Origin: Octopus sinensis
Taxonomy: Eukaryota
Direction of reading: 5' to 3'
Assembly (NCBI RefSeq): GCF_006345805.1
Contig: NC_042997.1
Coordinates: 14,942,001-15,006,000 of the forward strand
DNA length: 64,000 nt
Shown here: positions 34,831 to 50,489 of the stretch, one piece after another
Layout: every line of letters begins with the position of its first letter
Numbering within the stretch: the stretch's first letter is position 1
The notes under the pieces: generated by a model
The model's database searches: none
Told to the model about the DNA's origin: nothing
Seen by the model: the letters and a program-made list of their open reading frames with translations, nothing else
Position numbers and translations under genes: made by a program

Positions 34831-37800
34831 ACTAAACTCAAGGGCCGTCAATTTAGAAATATTAATTGTAGCAAGTTTAATAAGGATTGCGTTAGTCTTT
34901 ATTTTCCTCCTAGTATTTATATTTTAAAACTAAGTTCCGGAATGTTGAAACAAATAATGAATTGAGCTCCAGTACTTTTAAACCAGTGGCTCTCAAACTG
35001 ACATTTACACACACGAGGGCAATTACTGAATTTTATCTGCACTGCCTTTAATGAGCAGGCTTAAACTTATCAAGGGGGCGACAAAACTGAAAAGTTGTAT
35101 TACTTTCATTCATTCTCTGCAAAAATATATCGCTAAATTTTGTTCAAAAGCGAGTTTTTATATAATGCTGTAATATTGAATATGCACTATTGTAACAGTT
35201 GTATCATTGGATCTTTTCGGTTTGAACGGCAGTTTTTCTAGCGGTGTCATATGAAATTGTCACCCATAATTATGACCCTACTATCGATCTATTGCATTTC
35301 AATCTGTTTTAGGGGTGGGGGAAGGGTATCTTTTTTCTTCACAAATGTAAATAAACCCAATCTGTTTCTTAAACGAGGGACATATTCATACGGCACAGAA
35401 TGTTTTTTTTTTACCTCAATAGACGTATTTGATTGGTTGAAATTGAAGAAAAAAAAGCAACAAATATCTTACAAACTATAGAATTTTCTCAAAGCAAAGA
35501 GGAAAATATGTTTTATAAACATATTCTACCAGTATACAAAGTTTAAAATTTTTTAGTTACCTAGAAATTATGTTAAAAACTGCCGTTCAAACCGAAATGA
35601 TCCGTATCATTTCTTTTGTATAAATTTAATCTTGAGCTAGTTTATGGAAATCCTATGACAAACGCTTTTACCAATGTACTGCCACTTTTATCCATGAACC
35701 ACTTACTCGATCAGTTGTATGGTCCGACTGTTAGTACTTTAAGGCGTGGTGCGCAAAAGGCAGTTGTTCGGGACCTTACAAGTCTAGGGAGTCTAGTGCT
35801 CCGCCTGGAGGCTTATGTTCTGACGGCTCTGCCTGTTGCAGAAACGAAAGTGGTAAAGAAGTTTTTCTACTGCTTTTATTTGTTTAAGAGCAATATTTCT
35901 GCGTTCGCACATGGCATCATGTCTTCAATTTACGGGATTTTTTTTCCCCCAGACGTTGCCGACATTATCTTTGAACGAAGTCATATGCACATATACCTGA
36001 ATACATCACATACGCAAACAAAAACATACATACACATATACCGCCGACTTGCAAAGACAGGAGGTAAGGTGTGTGTGAAACTTTCAAGAAACGCAGGGGA
36101 AAAAATGGTCAAAATATACATAAAACAAATAGATATACGAATCGTAAAAACAAATGTGAATTTAGGTGTGTCGTACATTGAACACACATAACGTCATGTA
36201 TGAATACCGAAAGATTGTCTTTTTAAAGAAAAGGATTACAAGAATATGGAGTCCTATTCTGAAAATCTGCTCTTAAAATTTTGTAGCATGAGCACCTATA
36301 AGTTTCACTTGAATCGTATACCACTACATGGGTTATAAATATACAGGCATGTAGTTCATCTTGCTGTAGATTCTGGTCCTGTGGTTAGAACACGGCCTTT
36401 TCGTCAGCTTGGAATGAATGAGTGGTCGAACCAATTTTATATATATTTTCTTCGGGAATCAGCGAAAAGGAAATAGCAGTGAGATGTGCAGGTCGCACTG
36501 GAGGAAGTGGGATAGAGGACTATTCCTAAGCCAATTTGGCTACAGTACAGGGTCCCGAGAAAACCCAGGCTACGCTCCTGTGAAGAGAAGTTGTAAAACA
36601 AAACTCGTAACGGACCAATAAGACACCAATACTGAGCTCGTTTGAGTCTACATTCCAAGATGGGATAAAAGAAAAAGTATTGTTCAAGTACAGAGATCGA
36701 TTTAAAAGACTGATACGAAGACCATGCTTGAATACGGCTTTCAAGAGTTTTAATAACTACCCCCAGTAATTATTTCAGTTTGATACTTTGTGGAATGGCT
36801 ATGATAATCCGGTTGATGCAACGGGGCGTAAAAATAAGCGCACAACAGGTTTGACTACGAAAATTCTAGAGAAAATATTTCTATTGCACGCAGTAGAATC
36901 GAACCCTGTAACTACGTTTTTACGAAGCATTACTACAACTATGCTTCCCCCTTTTTATAAAGTTTTTGTTGTTTCAAATATTTGCTATATTTTGTAATTT
37001 ATAGCAATTTGCTTGTTTACATTATATGTAGCTGACGTATATAGTTGTTTGACATGAGCATAACAAAAATATTTACTACCTTCTGAACGAAAATCGCAGT
37101 TTGTGCGTTGAGATTAAATTTTAGAAGTATTTCAATAGGTCATGAATAGGGAAGTGGTTTAACAGTGACAGTGTTGCCTAGGTGAGTATTACAGTTTATG
37201 TATAAAAGAAAACAATAAATGTTCGGTGTCTACTTTGATAGTCCCTCGTTCTAGACTATAAAAAAAGGGTTCTATTAGAATGTGTGATAGCTCCTCAAAC
37301 CCCACAGCTGTTAAGGAATTCCAAATTTAGATAAATGGACATAGGAATTAAGTTGCTTTCCCGTTTAAATTGATCAGCATTTAATTTCATTTCAGTTTTT
37401 TTCTAACTTAGAGAGTCTTTTTTTTTTTTTTTAGGGAAATGAATATTTTATATATATGGAGCTGCCAAAATTTAAGGGGTGGTCACGATAGACAAAACAG
37501 GCAGCAATTTTCCCCTTCCGCTCACTGACATTAGTTATCGAACGAAAAGATAGTCTCATCACTGCAGTGAATAGCAGCAGCAAACTGGCTGAATATATCT
37601 GTGTGTTCGATATCTAACGTTACAGAGAAAGGAAAGGAGAAACGACTGTCAGCAAACACTGTTGGAACATTTTTGTCTCTCAGAACTTGCGCTTAATATA
37701 GATTGAACAAAAGAATCAATTGTTTGCAGTTTTTCCTGCTTCCTTTAGGCCAACTTATATCTTGCAAAAACAATGATTGTTTTATGAAGTTTTTTTTTTT

Positions 37801-40800
37801 TTTTTTATGCAGGGGAAGGCAGGATCTATGTATGACATTCAGTTATTAAAGTCATAATGATGAATGAATAGCCTTTTCCTTTTTTAAAAAAAAAAAAATA
37901 TTTATATTATCATCTTCATCGTTTAAGAAATCAATATTTTAAATAACATATCGAACGAGAAAACACGTGATAATGCTATGTTACTGACGCGTGTGTTGCA
38001 ATAATCGAAATCTATCCAGTCGATAAGCTGCTAGCGGCAGAGTCGACACACCTTGTACACTTTCACCAGTACTCTTCTATATCGCTGCCGAAGGCACACG
38101 TGCTGTGCCCAGGTTTGGGCAGTCAATGGGCACATTGATACAGTACAGTTCATCGTAATCACTGGGCACTATGTAACTTTCGTTAGCTTGGTTTTGGTGA
38201 AAGCACCCTGTTGAAGACGAAGTTTATTCGTCAGTAAAGCCCCAGCTGATAAGAAATACGGAACATTTACTTTTTAACTTTACACATGTTGCGGCGACAA
38301 GTTTTGAACGTATGTCCCCCATTTTTCTTTTGTTTCTTTTCTTTATGTTTAATTCATTAGTCAGAGAAAGAGTAGTGGCTTGACTTTTTTTTTTTTTTTA
38401 TAAGGCTTCCGAGATTGAAAGTTGGAAGATAAAAAGGGCTGTTGGATTGTTGCAATAAGGTACATTAGATCAAGGCATTGTATTCTTCTCAGACCTGTTC
38501 CGAAAATGGACTAAATGCACGCAATAGGTTGTAATCTTAAACCAAGCGACCGATTAACTCCACGTATCGGAGCCAACACGGAAGTTGGTATGTGGTCGTC
38601 GACTTGCAACAAATAGCAGCCAAATCCCAACCACACTTTACCGAGTTAAAACCAATTTTTTTTTATAGATATAACTATTCCTGAAAATAAAATAATAGAC
38701 AGCATGGTCAAAGCTGGGACAACCTTTATAAACTCTGCTCATTCAGAGGCTAAACAACTTGAATCGACAACACCTCTTTCGTAAACGATCTGAACTGTTC
38801 TGCTTTTCCCTCTAATTTTTCTATCATGTGAGCTTGACTTAGCCGCGTCAGTTGGTTTCGATTTTACTTTGCTTCACTAGGGTTTGGGTGTGGAAAAATC
38901 TTTGACGGTAGAAAAGGGGAAGCCTTTACGCAGTGGTATGTCCTGCTGGAAACTAGCAAAACCTTTTTCAAATCATACACTTACCGTATTAAGGAAAGAA
39001 AGATACAGATACACTTAGATAATGTAGGTATAGGTACAATGAATGAATTAAAATCGACTACATTACAAACTGGTCATAGTTGTATTGTAGTCGATCAGAA
39101 AACTGCTAGATCAGGACTTACCTGGATCTAAAAAACTTACGAGGAAGCATAGTTACTCAATCTGTTAGAAATTGTTACTAAATCTTACTCAAACCGCACT
39201 CTATCGTCTTAGGCACGTTGGGTATTGAAGTCCTAGTGCAATGTCCAGAGAAAAGGTGTGTAGATCACAGCTGATACAATTTGAGAATGTTAGATGCAAT
39301 TATTCATCTTATATTAATTGTTTAATGTTAATTGATATCCAAGTTTATCAAGTTGATTTGTGAACTTCGTTTCCATTACAAAAAATACTGGTCAATAACA
39401 ATATTTGTTTTATATACACACACCGCCCTCATTCTCCTAAATTATACACCAGGGAAGTCTAGAAGAAGAAAAAAAAATGTCCCGTTAAGGGACTTCTCTT
39501 GCAGACCTGATTTCAATGTGTAACCTTACAGAACGATGATTACACAACGTCCGGGCCTCTTATAGTGGAATACAGCTAGTATCGATCCGGGGGCTCGATG
39601 ATCCAAAAAGAGGCCTCGTGAATTTCTAAGGTGACAGGGAACTTTCATTCCTTTCCGAAGGAGAGACGCGATAGGTACCTCTTCTTGCTTGGCAGAATTT
39701 TTCTCGGAGATTCTACACATTGTTAGTGTTTTCTGGGAGCGACACTAATAATCTAGTGTTTTCCACATGGAAACGAGGGGAAAGTTCGAAAAGAAACCGT
39801 TTTCGATATTACAAAATTTTACTCTGCAGAAGAAAGTGTACCTGTAACATGTTCTAATGATGAGCCGTTAAGCTGGATGTAAAGTGTGTCATAAGTTGTA
39901 GTAATGGAAAGTACCATTTATTTAAAGCTGAACTTTGACCGGTGAACAAAAAAGGGGAAAAGAAACCGTATTGTGGATTTAGCATTGACGTATATAGTTC
40001 CCAAGTAAAGAATAAAGTTTATAAATTACATGTTAACATGCATTCGCAGGCTTGTGGAATGCACTATCAGGATTGGCTCAGCTAGCCCTAGATGTTCGGT
40101 GTGATTTTGGGAACAGTAGAGATAAAGTAATTTCTTGTGAACCTAAAATATGCGGATATTCCTCGAAGCCGTAATGCTGTCCGAGACCACTGGATAAAAA
40201 ATGATACTGATATATCCAGTTTAGAACGATAGACTTGCGACCCAAACTGTATAAGGATTAATTAATGTAATTTTGATGGAAAATATCCGGTTTATATGAA
40301 GTAATGGCAATTATATATGATTATTTATTTAAAAAAAAGAAAGAAGAAAATCCACTCTAACATTTAAAATGGTGGGAAAAGGAAAGAATTTTACTTCAAA
40401 TACGTGAAGCAGATACGAACTTTACTTGGAAATTGAACTAACTTGTTAATAACTGCTTTACTTGTCGGTCATACAGAGCATAGTATATTCTCAAACTTCG
40501 AGAAAATTCATTCATGAAGAAAAAGAAAAGGAATCTCTAAAGATTTTTGAAAATAAATTTTAGGCTGCAAATATTAACTATATTTCGTTATAAACAACAG
40601 TTGACGTGTGTGTTTGTATATATACATATATAATCATGGATCACCTATATGTTCTATAGTAAAATTTCACAATATTTGAGCTACAGCAGAAATGGTTCAC
40701 CATGCACACGCTTCTCTGTGTGCGTATATGTACATATGCGTGCGGTATTAAAATAGTAAAAAAAGGCAAAGGCTGTAAGCATAAAAAAGCTTGCTCTAAA

Positions 40801-43800
40801 TTCTTTAAAGCGTCACAGAACTAACACAATTAAGTTGCACAATCCCCATCCTTCACTAGATTCTATGAAATTTTAAGATTATCAAGATGGAGAATGGGAC
40901 AATTTTTTTTCTCAAGGAAATTCCGCTCGGTTCGAATTAGATACCTCTTAATAGGGAGATAATACGCACATCGAATATTAAGATCTGTTTATGCCAACCG
41001 ATTTTCATTTTTCTGCATGTTTTTAAAAAAAAATCGAACTATTTCCATCTATTTTTTATAACTTTCAAAAAAAAAAAAAAAAACTTAAAATATATATAAT
41101 CATTTTAAGATTAAGTTTTGGATATTTTGATTTTGTAAAAAGGCGAAACTGGAAAATTTTTATTTTCAGTAACCGGATATTTTTTGAGGAAAATGATTGG
41201 GAGGAATGTCTTAGTGACTCTCCTGCATGTGCGCTTTCGCATTAGTAGTTATTAAATGTTGACTACCGGATCCACAACCTCTCTTGTGTTGGACAAATAA
41301 AGTAAGCTGCTGCTATTTTCTTGAACGACCACCTTACCAGACTAGACTGGCATAATCTGTGACGTTAGCAGCGAACAACCTTTCAGTTGCATCAAACTTA
41401 AATCATGCTGTTTTACATGCTTCTCTGACTTTTTTTTTTTTTTTCGAAAGGAGGCTTGCTCATGTGGATTAAGCCAACGTTTCGTATTCCGTTTTACTTG
41501 ATCTGTTAGTCAAACGTAATTGTATTATATATTTATTTATTTATTAATTCAAGTTATTATATTTATTGATGTTTGTTTTGATATTGTAGCTGTTAAATCA
41601 TATTGAAAGTAATAATCATTAATTTTTGTCGTCTTAATTATTATATTTATAAATTTTGGGTCGATTGAATTAAATATTTAGAATCTTTTCATAATTATTT
41701 TTCTCACTTTACCCCTTCTTTCATACACGCGCGCACGTTCGCACACACATATATACATACATTATATATATATATATATATATATATAAGGGCTACGTAT
41801 TTTTATATCTAAAAGCAAAAAAATTTGCACAGCAGAAATAGCAAACTGAAACCGAAACTAAAAACAAAAAAAAATAATAAAGCTACAGAGACCTCTAAAC
41901 GAAATCGTCATCGACGGAGATAAATTTTAGTGCATTGACCAATTTCGAGAACCGTAAAAAAAAAAAAAAAATTTACGACAAACGTTGATCAATATATCTT
42001 TGTAGATTGTTGCAAAATAAAAAAAAAAATGGTAATAATAATAATAGAATAAGGAATGAGGATCATTTCCGAAAACAACGGGCTCAGCATTGTTGATGTC
42101 TCAGCAATATTGCCTCGTTTCCAGTGTGGAATTCCCCTCCGCCAGATATAGACATTGTTCAAATGCTTGTCGAGCAACGTTGGATTTAAGAGGTCTTTTA
42201 TTAATTTTAAAAGGTCAGTTTTTATCATTTACATTAGTCTCCGTCAAAATACTACAGTTTGGTGTAATTTTAGAATAATTATCCGCTTGGTTTTTTTTTT
42301 TGAAAAATCTCTCTCTCGTCGTCGTTTCAGTTCGGTGTAAATGTCGTTCTTCCATCCTGTGTATGGTTATAATATTAGATAGAGAAAGCCAATTTTCATG
42401 GAAGAATGTTCTGTTAATTAACTACTTGCTTCGAACGTTTAATTGTATTTACGAGTCTATTTCTCTGTTCTTGATTACAGTTATTTTTACGGTCGTCTTA
42501 AACTATAAGTACACCTGAGGTAGTGAATGAAATGTGATGCTTTAAAAATATCAAGAAATTTCTGCTCAATTATTACCTATGTTGAGTTTTCGACTTGAAT
42601 GAAAAAAAAGGTATATTGAAAGTTAATTATTAGTAAATTTGTTTTTTTTTTACAGTATCATTTCCAATATTTATCTTTGTTAAGAAGACGTGTTTTTTTT
42701 TTTTTTAATAATTTTTTCCATATTTTTCGTATTTCATTCTTTTAATTATTTCAATCATCGTTATACGTCGTTTTAACCTAATTGTAAGAGGAATTAACAG
42801 CTGCCACTATTTTAAATGTGAGATTACGTAAACCGACTCTGGATAAATAGTAATATTTTTACTAGTTTATACGTCACTTTCTCATTAATGAACACCCGTT
42901 TACTCCATTGTTCTTAATTCACATTGCTAAAGGAATATTATACAACCCACACAAAAATCCAAGGCTTCGAAACTCCATTGATTTCCGGTTGGAATCAGGG
43001 TCTATCCCTCCATTTCTTGATTGCCAGCACCCACTTAGATTCTATTTCTTGCTGTGATTTCATCCATCTTATGTTCTTGCTTATATTATTACTACATTCT
43101 GCACTGCATATTTCAATGTAGTATTTTGTGGTTTTTAATAAACAAGGTTGCCTTTATGAAGAAAAATATGACACAATAGCGATGAAGTGATTGCGTAACG
43201 TGCATCAGATCAGAAATTAACATTTCGGTGCAGCAGAAGTCAGCGTGTAATGGCTCGAAACCCCCCGATTCAACAGTTTCGGCCAGGTGCTAAAGAAAAA
43301 GGCGTTATTTCATTTAATCGAAAATGTCTGCTGTGTAATTAATGAATTTCATCGTTCTAAGACACTGCACAGTTCGTATTAAAAATCGTTATAATAACGT
43401 AGAAGCTACTTAAAGATAGTAGAACGGTTTCATTAGTCACATAAATTAGAAATGCCCTCTTTCAGTATTTCCTTGTTCGTTTCTTTATAATAATTCTGAC
43501 ACGGCATTATTCGTCATGCTGTAGTATATTGTAAGAGAAATGAAAGTAGTTGATTGATAAAGCGGTTTCAAAATTTTATTATCTCTATATATGCGAATTG
43601 TCTTCATAATATATATACGTGTGTATGTATATATATATATTTCTGTTAGCCGTTTGCTTTTTACATTGTAGTTAGGTTTAACTTAATATAATACTTTATA
43701 TGAAAACTGATATTTAATATCCAAAGAATTCGGTAAAGATTTTTTTTTTCCTTCACATTTATGCCACCTGCAATATATTAAGGTATTTGGAACGTTTATT

Positions 43801-45309
43801 AAATAGAGTAAAATAATTCCTCCCCCCTCCTTTAAATATTCGATTAAACTAAAATTCCCAGTAGTTAATTTGATTTTTTTTTCATTTTGAATAATTTTAT
43901 TACTAGAATCATCTAAAAACTAGACCTTTTTAAATATGGTATTTTCCAAAGGATCGTACCTCATTTTGTTCAGGTACTTCCTTCCCCAGCTGTTTTCAGT
44001 TTCTTATGAATTAAGTTTAAATTTAAGGACTAGTTATCTTCAACTATTTTAGGTTAAAGGAATCGTTTAGATTTTTCTTTTTTTTTTTTTTGTATTAGTT
44101 GGTTATATATTTAAAGAGCGCAAGTTTTTTTTTGTCGTTATATATTTTTTCTTGTTAAATTCTTTGCGTTTAAACACAGATTTTTTTCTATCTTGCTTGG
44201 AGATAATTTTTTTTTTTTTTAAATATTCTAAGAAGGAGAGGCAAGAAAGAGACAAGAAATTATATATGAACAAGCATATGTGTAAGTAACACAAATTTCT
44301 AATTTATTAGCTTCTAAAATTTAGGATGAAATATTAAAGGTAATTGAAAGGGTCCCACAGGAGAGAAGAGAATTGCAAAGTTATTAAGATTCAACATTGT
44401 TGCTTAAAACACTCTCAAATGACTATTTATGTTGTTTGCAGCTGGCTTTTAAAAGGTGGTGTTATTCTAAAATTGGGCAGCTAAAACAGGTAGCTAGACT
44501 CGTGAAATAAGATAAAAGAAAACAGTATATTATAGGGCAGAGTGTCTGTAGTTGAATTTGTTCTGATCCTTTTCACTTTTATTATTGAGAATGAATTCAG
44601 TCATTTTACTGTTTCAGTCTATAAACTACCTTCCACATTCGTAACAGCTGTCTCAAGTAGATATGTTTACCAACATGTTCTGTTCATAGTGAAATAGTTT
44701 TGTTTCCAAAATATTTATTGGTCACAGAAAGAAGCAACTTATTATTGAGACACTTCATAATTGGCTGCTAGCAACAAGCGATATCAAACCCTGGGCACTC
44801 ACCAATTTAAATGACAATCAGGTGCGTATTTTTACTGAAACACCAGTTTAACAAATACTAGTCTTTGCTCAAAGCCTTAAAAAAAAAATGTTGGTTAATT
44901 TATATAATTTTTCCTCATTCATTTAATTGATGTGAAGTACTGATATGGCTTTGAACCACCCACAACATTTTTTCCAATAGCAGTTTACTGTCTTATATCA
45001 TTGTATTTGCATTTTTCTTTTCTTCCCCAATGATTATTAGTTATTTTCATGGCTATTCCTAGTATGTTTCTGTTATTTTAATTACTACCACTGTTGTAAT
45101 TAGGATTTGGTTAATACTTTATATTAAGTCTGGAAGATCTTACTACTTATATGTAAAATAAGATCTTTCTAACCCAAATATGCACATTTGTTAGATTACG
45201 TTTTGTACCAAGGGTGGATACATAATTCTCTGGTTAAATAAAGTTACAACTATTTTCATCTGACAATTTAACTTTAAAGCATTGCACTTGAATAATTTAA
45301 ACTGTTTCA

Positions 45310-47135
45310 AATAATATGCATATATACATACATATATATATGTGTATATGTATATATACATATATATATATATTATATATATATATGTATATATATATAT
45401 GTATGTATATATGTATATATATATGTATATATATATTGTATATATATATTATTATATATATGTATATATATATGTATATACATATAGATATATATATATG
45501 TATATATATATGTATATATATATATGTATATACATATAGATATATATATATGTATATACACATATAGATATATATATATGTATATATACATATAGATATA
45601 TATATATGTATATACATATAGATATATATATATGTATATACATATAGATATATATATATGTATATACATATATAGATATATATATTTATATACATATATA
45701 GATATATATATTTATATACATATATAGATATATATATTTATATACATATATAGATATATATATTTATATACATATATAGATATATATGTATATACATAGA
45801 TATATATATGTATATACATATAGATATGTATATACATATAGATATATATGTATATACATATAGATAGATATGTATATACATATAGATAGATATGTATATA
45901 CATATAGATAGATATGTATATACATGTAGATAGATATGTATATACATGTAGATATGTATGTATATACATGTAGATATGTATGTATATACATGTAGATATG
46001 TATGTATATACATGTAGATATGTATGTATATACATGTAGATATGTATGTATATACATGTAGATATGTATGTATATACATGTAGATATGTATGTATATACA
46101 TGTAGATATGTATGTATATACATGTAGATATGTATGTATATACATGTAGATATGTATGTATATACATGTAGATATGTATGTATATACAGGTAGATATGTA
46201 TGTATGTATATACAGGTAGATATGTATGTATGTATATACAGGTAGATATGTATGTATGTATATACAGGTAGATATGTATGTATGTATGTATATACAGGTA
46301 GATATGTATGTATGTATATACGTGTAGATATGTATGTATATACATGTAGATATGTATGTATATATATGAAGATATGTATGTATATATATGTAGATATGTA
46401 TGTATATATATGTAGATATGTATATACATGTAGATATGTATGTATATACATGTAGATATGTATGTATATACATGTAGATATGTATGTATATACATGTAGA
46501 TATGTATGTATGTTTAAACATGTAGATATGTATGTTTAAACATGTAGATATGTATGTTTAAACATGTAGATATGTATGTATATACATATATACAGATATA
46601 TATATGTGTATATACATATATACAGATATATGTGTATATACATATATACAGATATATGTGTATATACATATATACAGATATATGTGTATATACATATATA
46701 CAGATATATGTGTATATACATATATACAGATATAGATATATGTGTATATACATATATACAGATATAGATATATGTGTATATACATATATACAGATATATA
46801 TATATATGTATATACATATATACAGATATATATATATATGTGTATATACATATATACAGATATATATATGTGTATATACATATATACAGATATATATATG
46901 TATATACATATATATAGATATGTATATATATATCTATATGTATATATATATATATATTATATATATATATGTGTATATACATATGTATATATATATATAT
47001 GTATATATATATGTATATATATAGATATGTATATATATATGTATATATATAGATATGTATATATATATCTATATGTATATATATATATATGTATATATAT
47101 AGATATCTATATATATAGATATGTATATATCTATA
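45310..47135. repeat. TA-based compound minisatellite with 22- and 26-bp higher-order units
   Basis: Eleven perfect TATATACATGTAGATATGTATG units at 45939-46180. CATATATACAGATATATGTGTATATA units at about 46.6-46.9 kb. Confidence 0.95.
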
Positions 47136-47136
47136 T

Positions 47137-47470
47137 AGTTGGACAGTTTCACCGAAGGCTGGCGAGCCAGAAGTCTGCACCGGGTTCCCCTCTCATCTGG
47201 CAGAGTTTCTACAGGTGGATGCCTTTCCTAATGCCAGCCACCCCTAGAATGTAGTGGGTATTTTTTCCGTGTCACAGGCACAGGGACCATTTTGACGTTA
47301 CTGGCATCGACCGCGCTCAAATGGTGCTTTTAACGTGCTACTGGCACAAGCGCCAATCGAGTGGCACTAGCAGCAACTATACTCGAATGCTGTTTTTTAC
47401 ATGCCACCGGCACAGAGCCAGTTGGGTAGCACTGGCAACCATCATGCTTGAATAGTGCTTTGTACATGAT
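47137..47470 (-). mobile_element. RTE 3'UTR copy
   Basis: GGATGCCTTTCCTAATGCC...TTTTAACGTGC units. Confidence 0.75.
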
Positions 47471-47709
47471 GCTGACAATGATACACATATATGTATATTT
47501 ACAAACATAGATATACATACGTATTTATATATATATACACACACATACATATATATATACATATATATAAACTTAGATATGTTTCGACCAAAGATTGGTC
47601 CAGGCCATGTCTAACTTAATACCACCACCTGATAGGATTATTCGAATCCTGTTTAAGTCAAGTGTTGTTCAAGTAGTGAGTTCTTGTTGGGTGAGTTGTA
47701 TCCAATTAT

Positions 47710-48381
47710 GGATACAAATATATATATAGATACATATATATATATGTATATATATAGATACATATATATGTATATATATAGATACATATATATGTATATA
47801 TAGATACATATATATGTATATATATAGATACATATATATGTATATATATAGATACATATATATGTTATATATAGATACATATATATGTATATATATAGAT
47901 ACATATATATATACATATATATATATATATACATATATTATGTATATATATACATATATATGTATATATATACATATATATATGTATATATATAGATACA
48001 TATATATATACATATATATATATTATATACATATTATATGTATATATTAGATTACATATTATATAGATACATATATATATATATATATACACTATATAGA
48101 TACATATATATATATATATACATATATATAGATACACTATATATATATATACATATATAGATAACATATATATATATATACATATATGTATACATATATA
48201 TATTATACATTATATATAGTTATCATACATATATATGTATATATATGTACACATATATCCTTAAATCCTTAAAATGTTTTAGCCTGAAGGCCGCGGCCAT
48301 GCTTCGGCACCCGCTGAATGAGCTACACTAATTTGTGAATATATATATGTAGATACATATATATATAGATACATATATTAT

Positions 48382-48413
<32 letters not shown>

Positions 48414-48446
48414 ATATATATAATTATATATAGATACATTATATAT

Positions 48447-48477
<31 letters not shown>

Positions 48478-50049
48478 AGTACACATGTATATAATGTACA
48501 CATATATATATTATAAGTACACATGTATAAATGTACACATATATATATATTTATAAGTACACATGTATATAAATGTACACACATATATATATTTATAAGT
48601 ACACATGTATATAAATGTACACACATATATATATATAAGTACACATGTATATAAATGTACACACATATATATATATAAGTACACATGTATATAAATGTAC
48701 ACACATATATATATATAAGTACACATGTATATAAATGTACACGTATATAAATGTACACATATATATATGTATATATATCTACACATATATGTTATATATG
48801 TATATATATATATGTACACATATATAGATACATATATATATATGTATATATATATAATATATATATATGTATATACATGTATATATATACATATATATAT
48901 GTATGTATATACATGTATATATATACATATATATATGTATATATATACATATATATATATACATATATATATGTATATATATACATATATATGTATATAT
49001 ATATGTATATATATGTATATATATATGTATATATATACATATATATATGTATATATATACATATATATATGTATATATATATGTATATATATATACATAT
49101 ATATATGTATATATATATATACATATATATGTATATATAGATGTATATATATACATATATATGTATATATATGTATGTATATATGTATATATATGTATGT
49201 ATATTATGTATTATATATATATACACATATGTGTATATATATATATATACATATGTGTATATATATATATCACATTGTGTTATATATATATACACATGTG
49301 TATATATATAATATACACATTTGTGTATATATATATATACACATGTGTATATATATATATACACATATGTGTATATATATATATACACACATGTGTATAT
49401 ATATATATATACACACATATGTATATATATATATATACACATATGTGTATATATATATACACATATGTGTATATATATTATATATATATACATATGTGTA
49501 TTATATATATATACACACATATGTATATATATATATACACACATATGTATATATATATATATACACATATGTATATATATATTACACATAAGTATATATG
49601 TGTATATGAGTCCAACCCATGCTAGCATGGAGAACGGACGTTAAACGACGATGATGATGTATATGTATATATATACATATATATGTATATATGTATATAT
49701 ATATATACACATATGTGTATATGTATATATATACATATATATGTATATATGTATATATATATATACATATATATGTATATATGTATATATATATATACAC
49801 ATATGTGTATATATATAATATATATATACACATATGTGTATATATAATAATATACACATATGTATATATTATATATACACATATGTATATATATATATAC
49901 ATGTATAATATATATATACATGGATATATATATTATACATGTATATATATATATACACATATGTATATATATATCTATAATACACATATGTATATATATA
50001 TATATATAGATACACATATGTATATATAAATACACATATATATATACAC

Positions 50050-50080
<31 letters not shown>

Positions 50081-50105
50081 TATACATATATATGTATATA
50101 TATAT
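47710..50105. repeat. TA-based arrays including ~7 copies of a 40-42-bp unit (48477-48750) and an embedded RTE tail (49609-49660)
   Basis: Unit AAGTACACATGTATATAAATGTACACACATATATATATAT. Confidence 0.9.
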
Positions 50106-50107
50106 AT

Positions 50108-50374
50108 GTTGTTTCGTTTGTTCCTTCGTGATCCACACCTGGCTTATAAAGGCCAGTTTCCTTGGATTATAGGTTCCCCACCTCCTGCAAGATGCAGGAG
50201 GAGTGAGAGAAAGTTGTGGTGAATTAGTCAGCAGAAGTTCACCAGTACCTTCTGCCGGAGCCGCATGGAGCTTAAGTGTTTTGCTCATAAACACACATCG
50301 CCCGGTCTGAGATTCGAACCCACGGTCTCTCCACCGCGAGTCCGAGCTCTAACCACTAGGCCATGTGCCTCCAC
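50108..50374 (-). mobile_element. SINE family C
   Basis: Head GTGGAGGCACATGGCCTAGTGGTTAGAGCTCGG...GGTTCGAATCTCAGACC. Confidence 0.85.
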
Positions 50375-50489
50375 AAGTATATATATGTATGTATAAATAT
50401 CTATATTTAGATATGTATATATAATGGTATATATATATATATGTGTGTGTGTGTTTCAATATGTTTAGATATATATAAATATATATCAC

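Larger units (their letters stand above)
24400..44300. other. CpG-retaining domain with few young retroposons (probably unmethylated in the germline)
   Basis: CpG is common here and scarce in unique sequence on both flanks (visual estimate, not counted). Confidence 0.6.

Noticed and set aside
35616-36191. 191-aa ORF
   Set aside because: Non-ATG start, no recognisable domain, low-complexity 3' half and no coherent splice partners. It cannot be fully excluded.
39857-39930. C/D-box snoRNA (ATGATGA...CTGA)
   Set aside because: No terminal stem independent of the D box and no recognisable rRNA guide.
42128-42137. NF-kB site GGGGAATTCC upstream of the TRAF gene
   Set aside because: A single match in about 20 kb is near chance expectation.
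47580-47605. Second hammerhead-like motif GTTTC-GACC-N7-GGTC-CAG
   Set aside because: The CUGANGA core is incomplete (4 nt missing) and there is no stem I.
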